The notes beneath the pieces were generated by a model. That model was not told the origin of the DNA, made no database searches, and worked only from the letters and a program-made list of their open reading frames with translations. Both the position numbers and the translations under genes were made by a program. From Sphyrna mokarran (lineage: Eukaryota), in NCBI GenBank assembly GCA_024679065.1, contig JAGIQG010000173.1:1-63168 (forward strand): 63,168 bases of DNA, written 5' to 3'. Below, piece after piece: positions 24,983 through 38,176 of this stretch (within the stretch, counting starts at the first letter, position 1; each line of letters opens with the position of its first letter).

Positions 24983-25171
24983 TGATGTGGAGATGCTGGC
25001 ATTGGATTGAGGTAAACACAGTGAGAAGTCTCATAATACCAGGTTAAAGTCTAACAGGTTTATTTGGTAGCAAATGGTACTGATGAAGGAGCAGCACTCT
25101 GAAAGCTAGTGGTGCTTGCTACCAAATAAACCTATTGGACTTTAACCTGGTGTTGTGAGACTTCTTACTGT
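24983..25171. mobile_element. Fold-back Penelope-derived mini-element (second family) with damaged hammerhead core
   Basis: Tail tgatgtggagatgctggcattgga; inverted arms about 25018-25073 and 25116-25171; loop CUGAUGA-a-GGAG(cagca)CUCU-GAAA-GCUA at 25080-25108. Confidence 0.75.
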
Positions 25172-25469
25172 CTTTCAGATCTGCGATCATCACCAGCCCT
25201 TTTCCCCAATGAAACCAACCCTTAACTCCCAACATCCTTGTAAACTCCTACCCCAATCTCCAACCATCTTTTCCTCTATAACTTGTTTGTTACTTCCCAA
25301 ATCCATACCCTTCTTTCTTGAAACTCCATGTTTCAACCTTCCAATAGGATTTCTGTCTCTGCCAGGGTGCAGTCACAGCTCTGTCTCATTGCCCTTCTCA
25401 TTCTGTCTGCAATAAGCCAGATCCACCAGTATTTGTAAACAATTCCCTCAGTTACTTTAGTTTAAACTG

Positions 25470-25740
25470 AATAATGCCGCCGCATTCCCACAATCCTCGG
25501 CGCTGGGGAAACCGCTCTATTCGCCGCGCTAGTCGGCGGCCCGGAATGCAAATATCCGGGGGAGAGAAGGTGCGCATGTGCAGAGGTGGTCTATTATGTC
25601 GCATGAGATGTTGACCAATGAGAATAGTTGGAGGACCGGAAGCCCTCTGGTTCTCCAGCCAATCAGAGCGTGGGCTTTGTGTGACTGCAGATTGAGATTC
25701 AGACTCAAACTTCCTCCTGTCGAATATCTGTGAGTAAAAC
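25470..25740 (+). promoter_or_regulatory. CpG promoter and first exon of ZNF-6
   Basis: ZNF143-like ttcccacaatcc, NRF1-like gcgcatgtgc, CCAAT pair, exon end atct|gtgagtaaaacac at 25730. Confidence 0.7.
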
Positions 25741-26464
25741 ACTTTCTTTTCTCCTCCTTTCCATTTCTTTTCCCGTTCTGGGGAAATTGCGGATTTGCAA
25801 AAACTGAAGGGAAAGGAAGTGAATCCAGGGAGGGTGCAGATTCTGGAAAGGTTGTCAAGGTCGCTCTTTTAAAGACATTAACATCCTTGAGTTCCCTCAG
25901 CTTAATACATTTATTTGTCTGGCTAAAAGGATGGTCTATTTTCCTAATATTCGCAATTAAAGAGTTAGCTAACATTAAAGATACAGTAAATTAATGTAGG
26001 ATAGGGATATGTCTAGTGTTGATCTCTGATGTGTATTAGATGCAGGGTAAGAATGGCGGGAGAGAGTAAAGAATTTTCTATGAAAACTAGAATTGTCTTT
26101 TCTGAATTTCTAATTGCACAGACAGTAATGAATTTTGGAACTCGTTTTACAGAATAACAGAATAGGACTTCTCAAAACAAATATTTGTGGTGATTTGACA
26201 GATTAACTTGATGAATCGGGACATGAACAACATTGGCCTTTGGAATCTATAAGAGAAATATTTCTGTGCCTGTCTGCTTCAAGAGATTTCAACCATAAAT
26301 GTATTGGAAAACATGGAGATACAGACACAAATGAGTGTTCAAGTGCGCTGAATATGGAATAAAACTTCAATCAGTTACACAGCTTGAAAAGACATCACTA
26401 GTCACTGTTCCAGCCTTTTATGTGCGGACAAGGCTTCAACTCTCTGTCAAACTGGGAGAGACAC

Positions 26465-27643
26465 ATGGAGAAACCGTGGAAATGTGGAGACTGTGGTAAA
26501 GGATTCAGTTTCCCATACCAGCTGGAAACTCATCGACGTGGTCACACTGGAGAGAAGCCATTCACTTGCTTGGAGTGTGGGAAGGGATTCGCTCATTCGT
26601 CCTCCCTGCAGACACACAAACGAGTTCACACAGGGGAGAGGCCATTCATCTGCCCTGAGTGCAGGAAAGGATTCACAAGTTCATCCCACTTGCAGACACA
26701 CAAGAGAGTTCACAGTGGGGAGAAGCCATTCACCTGCTCTGATTGTGGGAAGGGATTCAGTGATTCATCCAACCTGCTGATGCACCAACGAGTTCACACC
26801 AGGGAGAGACGGTTCACCTGCTCGGAGTGCAGGAAGGAATTCACTCAGTTATCCCACCTACAGTCACACGAGCGCATTCACACCGGGGAGAGACCATTCA
26901 GCTGCTCCGAGTGTGGGAAGGCATTCAGTGATTCATCTAACCTGCTGAGGCACCAGAGAGTTCACACTGGGGAGAGGCCGTTTGCCTGCTCCGAATGTGG
27001 GAAAGGATTTACTGATTCATCCAACCTGCTGATGCACCAGAAGGTTCATACCAGGGAGAGACCATTCCCCTGCTCAACGTGTGGGAAGAGATTCTTTGAC
27101 TCATTCAGTCTGCTGATGCACCAACGAGTTCACACTGGGGAGAAACCATTCACCTGCTCTACCTGTGGGAAGGGATTTAGTCGCTCATCCCATCTGTTGA
27201 TGCACCAGCGAGTTCACACTGGGGAGAGGCCATTCGCCTGCTCCGAGTGTGGGAAGGGATTCGCTGATTCATCCCATCTGCTGACACATCAGCGAGTTCA
27301 CACTGGGGAAAGACCATTGACATGTCCTGAGTGTGGGAAGGGTTTCCCTGATGGATCCAATCTGCAGAAACACCGACGATTGCACACTGGGCAGAGACCA
27401 TTCACCTGCTCCCATTGTGGGAAAGCATTCACTCAGTCATCCCACCTGCGGACACACCAGCGGGTTCACACCGGGGAGAGACCGTTCACCTGCTCTCAGT
27501 GTGGGAAAAGATTCAGTAATTCATCCAACCTGCAGGCACACCAGCGAATTCACACTGGAGAGAGACCGTTTACCTGCTGTGTGTGTGGGAAGGGATTCAT
27601 TCAGTCGTCACAGCTGCTGAGACACCAGCAAGTTCACAAGTGA
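26465..27643 (+). CDS. ZNF-6: C2H2 zinc-finger protein, 14 intact fingers
   Basis: [10 protein letters not shown]... from ATG 26465 (in-frame ATG at 26420), uninterrupted to stop at 27643. Confidence 0.9.
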   Translation: MEKPWKCGDCGKGFSFPYQLETHRRGHTGEKPFTCLECGKGFAHSSSLQTHKRVHTGERPFICPECRKGFTSSSHLQTHKRVHSGEKPFTCSDCGKGFSDSSNLLMHQRVHTRERRFTCSECRKEFTQLSHLQSHERIHTGERPFSCSECGKAFSDSSNLLRHQRVHTGERPFACSECGKGFTDSSNLLMHQKVHTRERPFPCSTCGKRFFDSFSLLMHQRVHTGEKPFTCSTCGKGFSRSSHLLMHQRVHTGERPFACSECGKGFADSSHLLTHQRVHTGERPLTCPECGKGFPDGSNLQKHRRLHTGQRPFTCSHCGKAFTQSSHLRTHQRVHTGERPFTCSQCGKRFSNSSNLQAHQRIHTGERPFTCCVCGKGFIQSSQLLRHQQVHK

Positions 27644-28409
27644 TTACAGAGATTGGATTCTGCTGTTAATCACATCGAGGAGTGAACGATGTTCATTCTG
27701 ACTGTTGGGTGAATTGGGAGGGTCAGAGGGTTTCTTTCTCCTGGACTGGCCCGTCTCACAACTTTGCCTCCAGTGGGCTGGTGCTGTTTGAGTGTACATT
27801 CCACTGAAATGATCCATAAAAGTTGAAGATGACATTTATTCTATCCTACACAGTAAACAATGTTTTTCCTACCACTACAGGTAGATCTAAAATAAATACA
27901 TTTGTCTCTGTTCCATTGAGGTTACAGCACAGGGCCAGGCCAATCGGCTCAATCGGTCTGTGTCAGTATTTATGTTCCACGTGAGCCTCCACCTCCCCCA
28001 CCTTCATCTCCCCCCATCAGCATATCCTTCTATTCCTGCCTCCCTGAAGTACGTATCCAGCTTCCCCTTCGCTGTACTCATGCTGTTCACCTCAACCACT
28101 CACTGTGGTAGTGAGATCCACATTCTCACCATTCTCTGGGTAAAGAGCTTTCTATTAAATCCCTATTGGATTATTGAACCCCTTCATAATCTTAAAGACT
28201 TCCATCAGGTCACCTTTCAGTCTTCCCTTTAGTAAAAAGCAGCCCATCATTCGAAATGTGTCAAATTTAGACTTAACCTTTAACAGTGACTTTGATGTGG
28301 GGACATTGTGGACAACAAGAAAAAAATGCATTTTTATAGCACCTCTCACATCCACAGGGTGTCAGATGAACATATGAAGCAGGAACCTATTCGGCCATTC
28401 AAGATGATC

Positions 28410-28895
28410 AATACTAAGGAAATTTGGCATGTCAGCCATGACTTCTACCAACTTTTACAGATGCACCATAGGAAGCATTCTTTCTGGTTGTATCACAGCT
28501 TGGTATGGCTCCTGCTCTGCCCAAAACCACAAAGAACTACAAAAAGGTCATGAATGTAGCCCAATCTATCACGCAATAGATGGATTGGGGTACATTCCTC
28601 CCATCCATTGACTCTGTCTACACTGCCTTGGTAAAGCAGCCAGGCACCCCTGACATTCTCTCTTCCACCTTCTTCAGTCAGGAAAAACATACAAAAGTCT
28701 GAGGTTATGCACCAACCAACTCAAGAACAACTTCTTCCCTGCTGCTGTCAGACTTTTGACTGGACTTATCTTGCATTAAGTTGGTCTTTCTCTGCTGTGA
28801 CTATAACACTACATTCTGCACTCTCTTGTTTCTTTGTGAACGGTATGTTTCATACAACACGCAAGAAACAATATTTTTTTACTGTATATTATTGC
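28410..28895 (+). mobile_element. Non-LTR retrotransposon 3' fragment (Rex1/Babar-like)
   Basis: TNFYRCTIGSILSGCITAWYG motif; aacttcttccctgctgctgtcagac end; related to 49200-51380. Confidence 0.6.
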
Positions 28896-29029
28896 AGACA
28901 ATAATAAATCAAATGGCTGATCTGATTGAAACCTCAACTCCACAATTCCTCTGATAACCTTACAGAACCTTATTTATCTGGAATCTATCTAACTCTGTCC
29001 TGAAGCATTATACACTGATTGAAGTTTTT

Positions 29030-30300
29030 TTTTAAGCAACACAGCACGGGAAACAGGCCCTTCGGCCCAACGAGCCCGCGCCACCGTAATACCAAATCAT
29101 TATCCTATTTTAATAGTCCTATATAATAATATATATATTAATCCTAATTTGGAAAATTTTCACCATAGGGACAATTTGTTACCCAATCAGCCTAAGAGCG
29201 AATTTTTGGGTTGTGGGAGGAAACCGGAGTGCCCGGAGAAAACCCACGCAACCACGGGGAGAACGCGCAAACTCCCGCAGACACCGGCCCAATTCCAAGT
29301 GTCTGCACAGCCACATCGATAGTCTCTGAGCTGTCATGGTGCCCTTCAGGTGGTCCACATAAAGCACTCATATACGACATGAGGTACCAGGCAACCCATG
29401 AATCAACATCCAAGAGCTGTACCCGCACCACCTGCCGAATGCGTGCTCAAATTATGGACCGAATTACCTGTGGAAAAAAGCCGTAGTTAAACAGTCCTAA
29501 TATATCCCTCTATCTGCATACCGCTCATGTGGCTGTCCAAGAGACCCTTAAACAGCCCCAGCGTGCCTGCTCCCACCACCTTACTCGGCAGTGCATTCCA
29601 CACCCCCACTACCCTTTGTGTGAAAAACTGCCCTCTAATATTCGTCCTATACATAGCCCCCCTCACCCTATGGCCATGACCTCTCGTCCTATCCATTTCT
29701 AAAGGTGGAAAAAGTTTACCTCCATTTACTCTATCTATACCCCTTATAATCTTATACACCTCTATGAGATCCCCTCTAAGCCGACGTCTTTCAAGGGAAA
29801 ACAACCCCAGTCTATCTAATCGTTCCTCATAAGACAGTCCTTCCATACCAGGCAGCATCCTGGTAAACCTCCTCTGCACTCTCTCCAAGGACTCCACATC
29901 CTTCCGATAGTACGGAGACCAGAACTGGGCGCAGTATTCCAAGTGAGGCCTAACCAAAGTTCTATACAACTGCAACATCAAACTCCTACTCTTGTATTCT
30001 ATACCCTTTTCTATGAAAGCTAACATACTATACGCCTTCTTTGTCACCTTCTCCACCTGTGAGGACACCTTCAGAGACTTGTGAACCTGCACCCCCAAGT
30101 CTCTCTGCGTCTCTATGCTCCTTATAGTTTTACCTTTTATCCTATAATTCTCTTCTACATTTTTCCGGCCAAAATGCATCACCTCGCATTTTTCCGGATT
30201 AAATTCCATTTGCCATCTATCTGCCCAATCTACCAACCTGTCTATGTCCTGTTGTATTGCCTGATACTGCTCTTCTGTACCCGCCAATCCAAGCATCTTG
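29030..30300 (-). mobile_element. Young 5'-truncated CR1 LINE; open ORF2 C-terminus and long 3' UTR containing a V-SINE domain
   Basis: ORF 29487-30300 with WQMEFNPEKCEVMHFG, LYRTLVRPHLEYCAQFWSP, RRLRGDLIEVYK and no stops; tail gggccgaagggcctgtttcc near 29050. Confidence 0.9.
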
Positions 30301-31699
30301 GATTGTTCTATGAATTGTAGTGACTGTTGGAATGGAGGAAACTGCAGGCCTAGGTAATCAAATTGAGTTTTATAAACAACCATTTCCATACCATATTCAT
30401 CGCTATAAGGTCAAGGAAACCATTTTAAAATAAAATATGTGGCTTCCAACAATCTAGTCACCTTCTGTCAGTTGTTTTATTCACTACAAGTTGATTTAAT
30501 ATTAACGGTCAGTCATGAAGCGTATGATTATTCAGTAATGAACCTTGATTAAGGTATTGTTAGTGACTCAATGTAAGAGACAAATTATATCATAAAGGCT
30601 AGAGCTTTATTTTAAAATTTTAACACTGAATAACCTGAAATGTTTCCAGAAACTGCAGAGCTGGCAGAAATTGTTTAAAGAAAGAAAACATTTTATAAAT
30701 TTTATATGCTACAGGGTATTATATTCTTCCAAAGTCCAGCTGGAAAATAATTGTTCATTGTTCAGTCTGGTCAGGATTAGTAAGAAAGAAAGCTGTTGTC
30801 TTTTAACAAACTGTGTTTTTGCACCAGTCTATCTTGCAGTAACCAAGTTTATTAGTTAAAAATCACTGTATTAATTAATTAGCAGTCAGTAACAAATAAC
30901 TGGAGAGTAGTGAGAGTTAATTGAGTTTAATAAATCAATTTTTTTTGTTTATCTATTAGTGTCATAAGTCGACTTATAGTAAAAAACTGAGTTTTATTTG
31001 CTGTCAAAATGTATCATTTGAATTGCTGTGTATGTAATGAATGTGCAATGAAGATAAATGTACTGGGAAGAAAGACTTTCAAGCTTTGATTTATCTCAGA
31101 ATTTGAAATTGTCTGAATACCTGATTGTATAGAATCAGACAATGGATTATGAAACTGTGCAATTGTATTATTGTCTAAGTTAATAAGAAAAGGTGGTGTG
31201 AGTAATTGGGAATCCAGTTTAATTAATCTGGTAACCAAATTCACCAAGCATCATGTCACAATCAGCCCAACTCTAGTATCACTTTGGGAATAAAGTAGAA
31301 ATTCCCAACATCTTTCTTGCCAGCCAACTACTGAATATTCATGAGGTCAAGTTCCAGGTAAATTATAGTCAAAGAAGGAACCAGATTTCTGAGGTTGAAA
31401 TCCACAAGAACTCCTGTCAAAGAATGAGCCAGAGAGGGTTAACCTTCGACAGACTGATCACCCACATCAAGTTGTAAAAGCCAAAGTTTGAAGTAAATGT
31501 TTCTTGTTGGATAAACTTATTTTTCAAATTTACTCAATGGAGAATCCTGCTGCTGCCTTACTTGATTAAAATATTCTTCGTTTCTAGGTGAATTTATTAA
31601 ATGGCAAGTTGGGGGTGGCTGAATTCAATTAAGATTCAGATATTAAGATCAGGTAACATAAATCTGAAATTTAAAAACTTGCATTTAGCATCGTTCAGG

Positions 31700-32090
31700 A
31701 CCACAGGGTGTTTACAGCCATGAAGTATGTTTGAAGGATGGTCACTGTCGTAATGCAAGAAATGTGGCAGCTAAAGTGTACACAGCAAGATCCCAAAAAC
31801 AGCAACATGATAATGAGCAGATGATCTGTTTTTAGTGATGTTGATTGATAAATATTGGCCAGAACTCCGAGGATAGCCCCTCCTTCAAAACCATATCTGT
31901 GGTAACTTCTATGTCCACCTGAAGATGCAGATGGGATGCCTGGGTTGGCATCACATTCTAAAGACAGCAGCTCCAATTGTGCAGCACTCCCTCAGTGCTG
32001 GAGCTTTGAATGTTGGCTTCGTGTCAATGGACTGGGATTTGAAAGAACAATCTTCTGATTCAGAGCGGAGAGTTTGATTCTCTGAGCTGT
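31700..32090. mobile_element. Ancient Deu-domain-like SINE remnant
   Basis: gtccacctga...aaagacagcagctcc...tgcagcactccctcagtgctg resembles the Deu domain as recalled; not verified by search. Confidence 0.45.
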
Positions 32091-32407
32091 GACTGATACA
32101 GTGGACAATAGAAAGGACTGAATGGGAAATGAGCGTCCATGATGAGAAAGGAAGAACAACTGGAAACTTAAACCTGCTGTTTCACTCAGTCAGAAACAGA
32201 TCCCAGTTTTACACCAATCTCTGACAGCATCTTTCATGTTGTTCTTCCTTGCTCTAAATACAGTTGTAGAGGAGTTTCTGCTCCACGTCCAGGAGCTCTT
32301 GGAATAGAGTGGCAGGGACACATTTCTTACACACCTCAGGATTAACCAACACATTAAGGACTAAATGTGATTAGCAGTAGAAATAACAGAAGAGCTCACC
32401 TCTGCAG

Positions 32408-33330
32408 TCACTTGTGAACTCGCTGGTGTGTCAGAAGGTTAGAAGATTGAGTGAGCTCCTTCCCACGCATGGAGCAGGTGAATGGTCTCTCCTCAGTGTG
32501 AGTCGCTGATGTTTCAATAGATGAGATGAACAAGTAAATCTCTTCCCTCACTCGGAGCAGGTGAATGGCCTCTCTCCGCTGTGAACTCTCCGGTGTGTCA
32601 GCAGTGCGGCTGATCGAGTGAATGCCTTCCCACATTCTGAGCAGGTGAATGGCCTCTCTCCGCTGTGAACTCTCCGTGTCAGCAGTGCGGCTGATCGAGT
32701 GAATCCCTTCCCACATTCTGAGCAGGTGAATGGCCTCTCTCCACTGTGAACTCTCCGGTGTGTCAGCAATGCGGCTGATTGAGTGAATCCCCTCCCACAT
32801 TCTGAGCAGGTGAATGGCCTCTCTCCAGTGTGAGTGCGTCGATGCCTCAGCAGATTATTACTGTTTTTAAAACTGTCCTCACAGTCAGGACATTTAAAAG
32901 TTCTCACATTGGAGTGAGTGCGCTGGTGTCTGAACAGGTTGGATGAATTAATGAACCCCTTCCCACACACGGAGCAGGTGAACGGCCTCTCCCTAGTGTG
33001 AGTGCGCTGGTGTACAGTGAATTCAGATGATTTCCTGAACCCAGTCCCGCAATAAGGACACTTGGATGGTCTCTGGGCAGTGTGAACACGTTGATGGGAC
33101 ATCAGGTCTCCAGAACCTTTATAGCACTTCCCGTAGTCTGGACATTTAAAAGGTCTCAGGTCAGTGTGAACTGGCTGGTGTTGCAGCAGGTTGGATGACT
33201 CTCTGAATCCCTTCCCACACGTGGAGCAGGTGAATGGTCTCTCCCCAGTGTGAGTGCCCTGATGAATTTCCAGCTGGGATGGCCATTTGAATCTCTTCCC
33301 ACAGTCCTCACATTTCCATGGTTTCTCCAT
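32408..33330 (-). pseudogene. ZNF-7: C2H2 zinc-finger gene with premature stop and damaged fingers (may encode a truncated protein)
   Basis: ATG 33330 [10 protein letters not shown]...; about 9 fingers, one with C>Y and one missing a His (LLTRRVH); stop at 32548-32550 within FTCSE*, then two frameshifted degenerate fingers ending HQRVHK* at 32408. Confidence 0.75.
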
Positions 33331-33919
33331 GATGCTGATATCCTTGTGTCTCTCCAGTTTGCTACACACATGTACGGTTTCTCCAGGCTGTGAATGTTGC
33401 TGTATTTTTTCAGGCTGTGTAACTGGTTAAAGTTCTTACCACAGTCAGTTCACTGGAACATTTTCTCTTGTGTGTCTTGGTGCTTTTCCAGTCACACTGA
33501 TGTTTGAAATCTTTCCCACAGACACAACAAATATTTTTCCTTCTACATTGATATTCAGGTCCTGATGAATGGACTGACTCTGTGAGATCTCAATGTGATG
33601 TTTGATTGAAGTTTCCCACCTGTCAATCCTCCCATCCTAGTCCCCTGTAAAAGGAGTTTACAGAAGTTATCAGTGTAAATACAGGTTAGAAATTCAGAAC
33701 AGACAATTCTAGTTTGGATGAAACATTCTTTCCTTTCTTGTTCCCTCCAATAATATAGTCCAAACGAATTGAAAGACAAAAATCAACAACCGAGCCTCAG
33801 CAAAACCGAAGGGAACCTTCCTAACTAAATCAGAAAGTTCTGACCAGTGTCTCTGAAAGGTTTGATGTGGATACGGACACTAGGACCCAGTTAAAAACAG
33901 AAATCCTGAAGCCTCTGTT

Positions 33920-34245
33920 GTGTCACAATGGGCGTGACCAAGACGCCGGCGCATGCGCTCTGCCCTCCGCTGACCTATGATGGCGGCTGGTGACCGGAGT
34001 CTTCGCCCCGGGAGAACAAACCGGAGCTGAAACGCGGAACCTGCAGCTCCGTATTCGCGGTTTGAGGCTCCCAGCAGGTATTTAGAAACACTCTCCGTTC
34101 ACCCGCCGACTCTACCGGCCCCGCGCGTTTCCACATCTTTACCGGCTGCGGATGAGACAAAAGGATCCGCTGTCAGCTTCGCCATCACTAACACTGCGCA
34201 TGCTCCATTACCGTGTCGGTACTGCGCCTGCGCACTGTCCCCCTA
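33920..34245. promoter_or_regulatory. CpG-island promoter upstream of ZNF-7 (possibly bidirectional)
   Basis: CpG-rich; NRF1-like gcgcatgcgc, tgcgcatgct and tgcgcctgcgca; YY1-like gatggcggc. Confidence 0.65.
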
Positions 34246-34254
34246 TGGTGTAGA

Positions 34255-34800
34255 TAGAGAACAAAGAACAGGAACAGAGCCTTCAGCCCACAGACCTGCT
34301 CCCATCACATTGTCCTAGCTAAACAACTGCTTATATCTCTCTATACCCGTCTGTTCATGTGTCTATCCAGAAAGGTTTTAAATGTTGCTAATGTATCTCC
34401 TCAACCACCTCACTTGCTAGTGCATTCCAAGCCCCCACCACCCTCTGTGTAAAAAAAACTTTCCCCGCACATCTCCACTGAACCTTCACCACCACCCCTA
34501 CCGACTTTGAATTGTGCCCACTTGTGACTGTCATTTCTGCCCAGGGAAAAAGCTTCCAACTGTTATCTTATCTATGCACCCTTGTAATGTGATAAACTTC
34601 TGTCAGGTCACCCCATGGCCTCTGTCTTTCCAGTTTATTCAATCTTTCGTCATAGCTAATGCACTCCATACCATGCAACACCCTGGTAAACATTTTCTGT
34701 ACTCCCTCCAAAGCCACCACGTCCTTTTGATAGAGTGCCAAAAAGAATTGTGATCTAAACAATGTTTTATGTAACTGTAACAATTTGCCAACTTTCATAC
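34255..34800 (-). mobile_element. CR1 3' fragment
   Basis: YQKDVVALEGVQKMFTRVL..ISYDERLNKL motif; aacaaagaac tail. Confidence 0.7.
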
Positions 34801-36296
34801 TAAACATTCACCACCGTGGGGAATGTTGGGCAAAATCACCACCTTTGAAAGTCCCAAATAGTTAAGTCACTGTTTTTGCTTTGATGTGAAAATTAAGATG
34901 GGACGGTGGTTAGCACCAGGGACCCAGATTCGATTTCCAGCCTTATGGAGTCAGTGTGGAGTTTGCACATTCTCTCCCTGTGTGCATGGGTTCCCTCTGG
35001 GTGCCCTGGTTTCTTCCCACAATCCACAAGACATGCTGGTTAGGTGCATTGGCCATGCTAAATTCTCCGTCAGTGTACCCTAACAGGCATCAGAGTGTGG
35101 TAACTATGGGGTTTTCACAGTAATTTCATTGCAGTGAATGTAAACCTACTTGTGATGCTAATAAATAAATAGACTATAGTCTTTCACTAACAGGACCAGC
35201 AGCAAACTTTCCCCATCCCCAGGTACCTGTGGGCAAGGTGATGTTTGACCATCTTGAACCGTTGCAATCCATGTGGTGAAGGTATTTCCACAAAGCATTA
35301 GGTAAGAATTATAGGTTATTCACCCAGTGATGATGAAAAAATGGTGATACATCTCAATAATAACAATCTGTATTTATATGTCTTCCATGTCATAGACTCT
35401 CCCAGGCCATTTCAAGGAATTGTTATCCACTAAATGCTTTGCAGGTCAGTGAGCTCGGGGGTGATAATTGAATAAACCTTGATGTGAGTAAGCACATGGC
35501 CAGCAGAGATTTGGATGACTTCAAGACTTCAGGGAGATTGAATGTAGGAGGCCGGGAATGCATTCGGATAGTTAAATCTGGAGTTATTGAAGGAATGGAG
35601 GAGAGTTCCAGCTGTAAATGAGCAGAATCAAGGACAGGGTCAGGTGATGTGATTGAGCCGGAAATTGGTAGTCTTGATGATTATGCAGATATGAGGTCAG
35701 GAGCTCAGTTTAGAGTGAAAATGGTTATTGAGGCTGGGAACAGTCCGGTTCAGTCTCAGACAGTTGTCAGGGAGAAGGATGGAGTCAGTAGTTTGGGAAT
35801 GGAATTTGCAGTGAAGGCTGAAGAGAAATGGTTTTCTTCTTCCCATAGTTAAATGGAGCACATCGCTGTCCATTCAATACTGGATATCAGACAGGGCAGG
35901 ACAGTGTGCAAGTTGGAGGGGAATTTGGACTTTGTGATGTTTGCATACATCTGGTCCTCCTTGGTGTGGAAGTTGAAGGTTTGGAGAATTTTGTTAAAGT
36001 TTTGAGTAATCATAGTAAGAAATCATCCTCCTTTGTCCCTGCCTCTTTCATCTCTCTCTCCTCCCGTAGAGGCCAGAGTCTTGTGTAGGCCCAGACTGGG
36101 TGGAAAGTTCCCTTCCCTGAAGGACATGAGTGAAGCATTTGGGTTTTTATGACAATCTTGGAGCTTCCACAGTCACTTTTTTCTAGTATTGGCCACATAG
36201 ATTACCAGATTCATTCAGCTCAATTTCATAACCTGTCTTTGTGTTTTTGTGCGCTCTCTCTCACTCCGTTTTCTCTGTTTTAAATTAATCTTATGA

Positions 36297-36815
36297 GGTA
36301 TTGAAAGAGGAGGATATGTAATCAGGAAACTCAAGCCAAACATTCACATCAAGATCTGATGGAGTTGTCCAAATTATGGGATTTTGAACATTGAGGAAAA
36401 AGCACTGTTCAGCGTGGGGAAAAACATGTTTTATGTGTGGATGAGGCTTCAACCAATCATCTAATCTGTCGAGACACAATCACACTGGGGAAAACTGTGG
36501 AAACATAAGGACTGTGAGAAAGGCTTCAGTTACCCATCTAAACTGGAAACTCAGTGACGCAGTCACACAAGAGAGAGGCCATGAACCGGCTCTGAGTGTG
36601 AAATGGGATTCAATAAGTCGAACAATCTGTTGAAACACCAGCAGGTTCACTCAGAGGAGAGGCCATGAGGGAAATGATTCACTCAGTCATCATTACCCAT
36701 GACACAACAGCGAGTTCACACTGTCGAGAAACCTTTTAAATGTCCAGACTGTGGGAAGTGCTATAAAAGTTCCCAGGAATTGATGTTCCATCAACGTGTT
36801 CACACTGAAGAGAGT
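36297..36815 (+). pseudogene. ZNF-8: heavily decayed zinc-finger pseudogene fragment
   Basis: Finger-coding DNA (cagcgagttcacact, aaatgtccagactgtgggaagtgctataaaag) with multiple stops and frameshifts; same terminal-exon start as ZNF-9. Confidence 0.8.
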
Positions 36816-38176
36816 CTGGAATTAGGGGAGAGCACAGATCATGGAGAATTGTGTGAGTGAAGGATATTACAGAGAGAGGAGTGGTCGCAGTTATGGAGAA
36901 ATTTGGAAACAAGAACGGGAGTTTTAAAATGTTAGTGGTTCTTAAACAGGAACTTTTGTAGGTCAGTGAGGAAAGGGATGATGAATGAACAAGTCTTGAG
37001 CACAGACAGCAGAGTTTTGGATGACCTCAGGATTGCAGGGAAGCTGAATGTGGGAGGCCAGCAAAGAGTGCACTGGGATAGTTAAGTTCAGAGGGAATAA
37101 AGGAATTTCTGAACAAGATGATTTGAGACTCAGGCGATGTTACTGAGATGGAAATAGGCATTCTGGGTGATGATGAGGATATGTAACTGGAAGCTCAGTT
37201 TGGGATCAGACAGGACACTGAGGTTGTGAGAAGTCTGGTTCAGCCTCAGACAGTTGCCAGGGAGAGGGAGTGAAGTTCATTGTGAGGACTGAAGACAACG
37301 GCTTTGTTCTTAATATTCAATTGGAAGAAGTTTCTGTTCATCCAGTACTGGATGTCAGACATGTCAGGATAGTGCGTGAGTTGAAAAGGAACTTGGAAAT
37401 GATGGTATTCCCATACGCCTGCTTTGTTGTTCCATCTAGGTGGTGGAGGTTGTGGGAGTTTGAAATATTTGAAATTCCTTTTTTTCCTGTGCTGCCCAAT
37501 TCTGTCTCACCCTCTCTTATTCTTCTCTCTGCCTCTTCCCCCCTCGATTTCTTCTCTCAGATTGTCCAGAGTCTTGTGTTGCCCTTGATCAAGTAGCAAG
37601 TTTCCTTCCCTGAAGAGCATTAGTGAATAGTTCAGTTTTTTTAAAGTTAAAAGTTTATTTATTAGTCACAATTAGGCTTACATTAACACTGCAATGAAGT
37701 TACTGTGAAATTCCTCTAGTCGCCTCATTCTGGCACCTGTTCGGGTCAATGCACCTGTCAATGCACATGTCTTTCAGACTGTGGAGGAAACTGGAGCACC
37801 CAAAAGAAACCCACGCAAACTCTGGGAGAACGTGCAAACACCACATAGACAGTGACCCAAGCCGGGATTGAACCCAGGTCTCTGATGCTGTGAGGCATCA
37901 TTGCTAACCACAGTGCCACCCACTCACAATCCAGTAGTTTCCACACTCACTTTTTCCTACGACCAGCCCCACAAATTACCAGATTCATTCAGCTTAATTT
38001 CACAATCTGCCTTTGTGTTTCTGTGAGTTCTCTCTCACTGCCTTTTTTCTATTTCAATCCATTTCACAGGGTTTTAGAAGAGGAGGATTTTCAGTCAGGA
38101 AACAGAAAGCGAACATCACATCAGGATCTGATGGAGTCGCCCAGTGTACCCATTGTATCATTATTGGATTTTGAAC

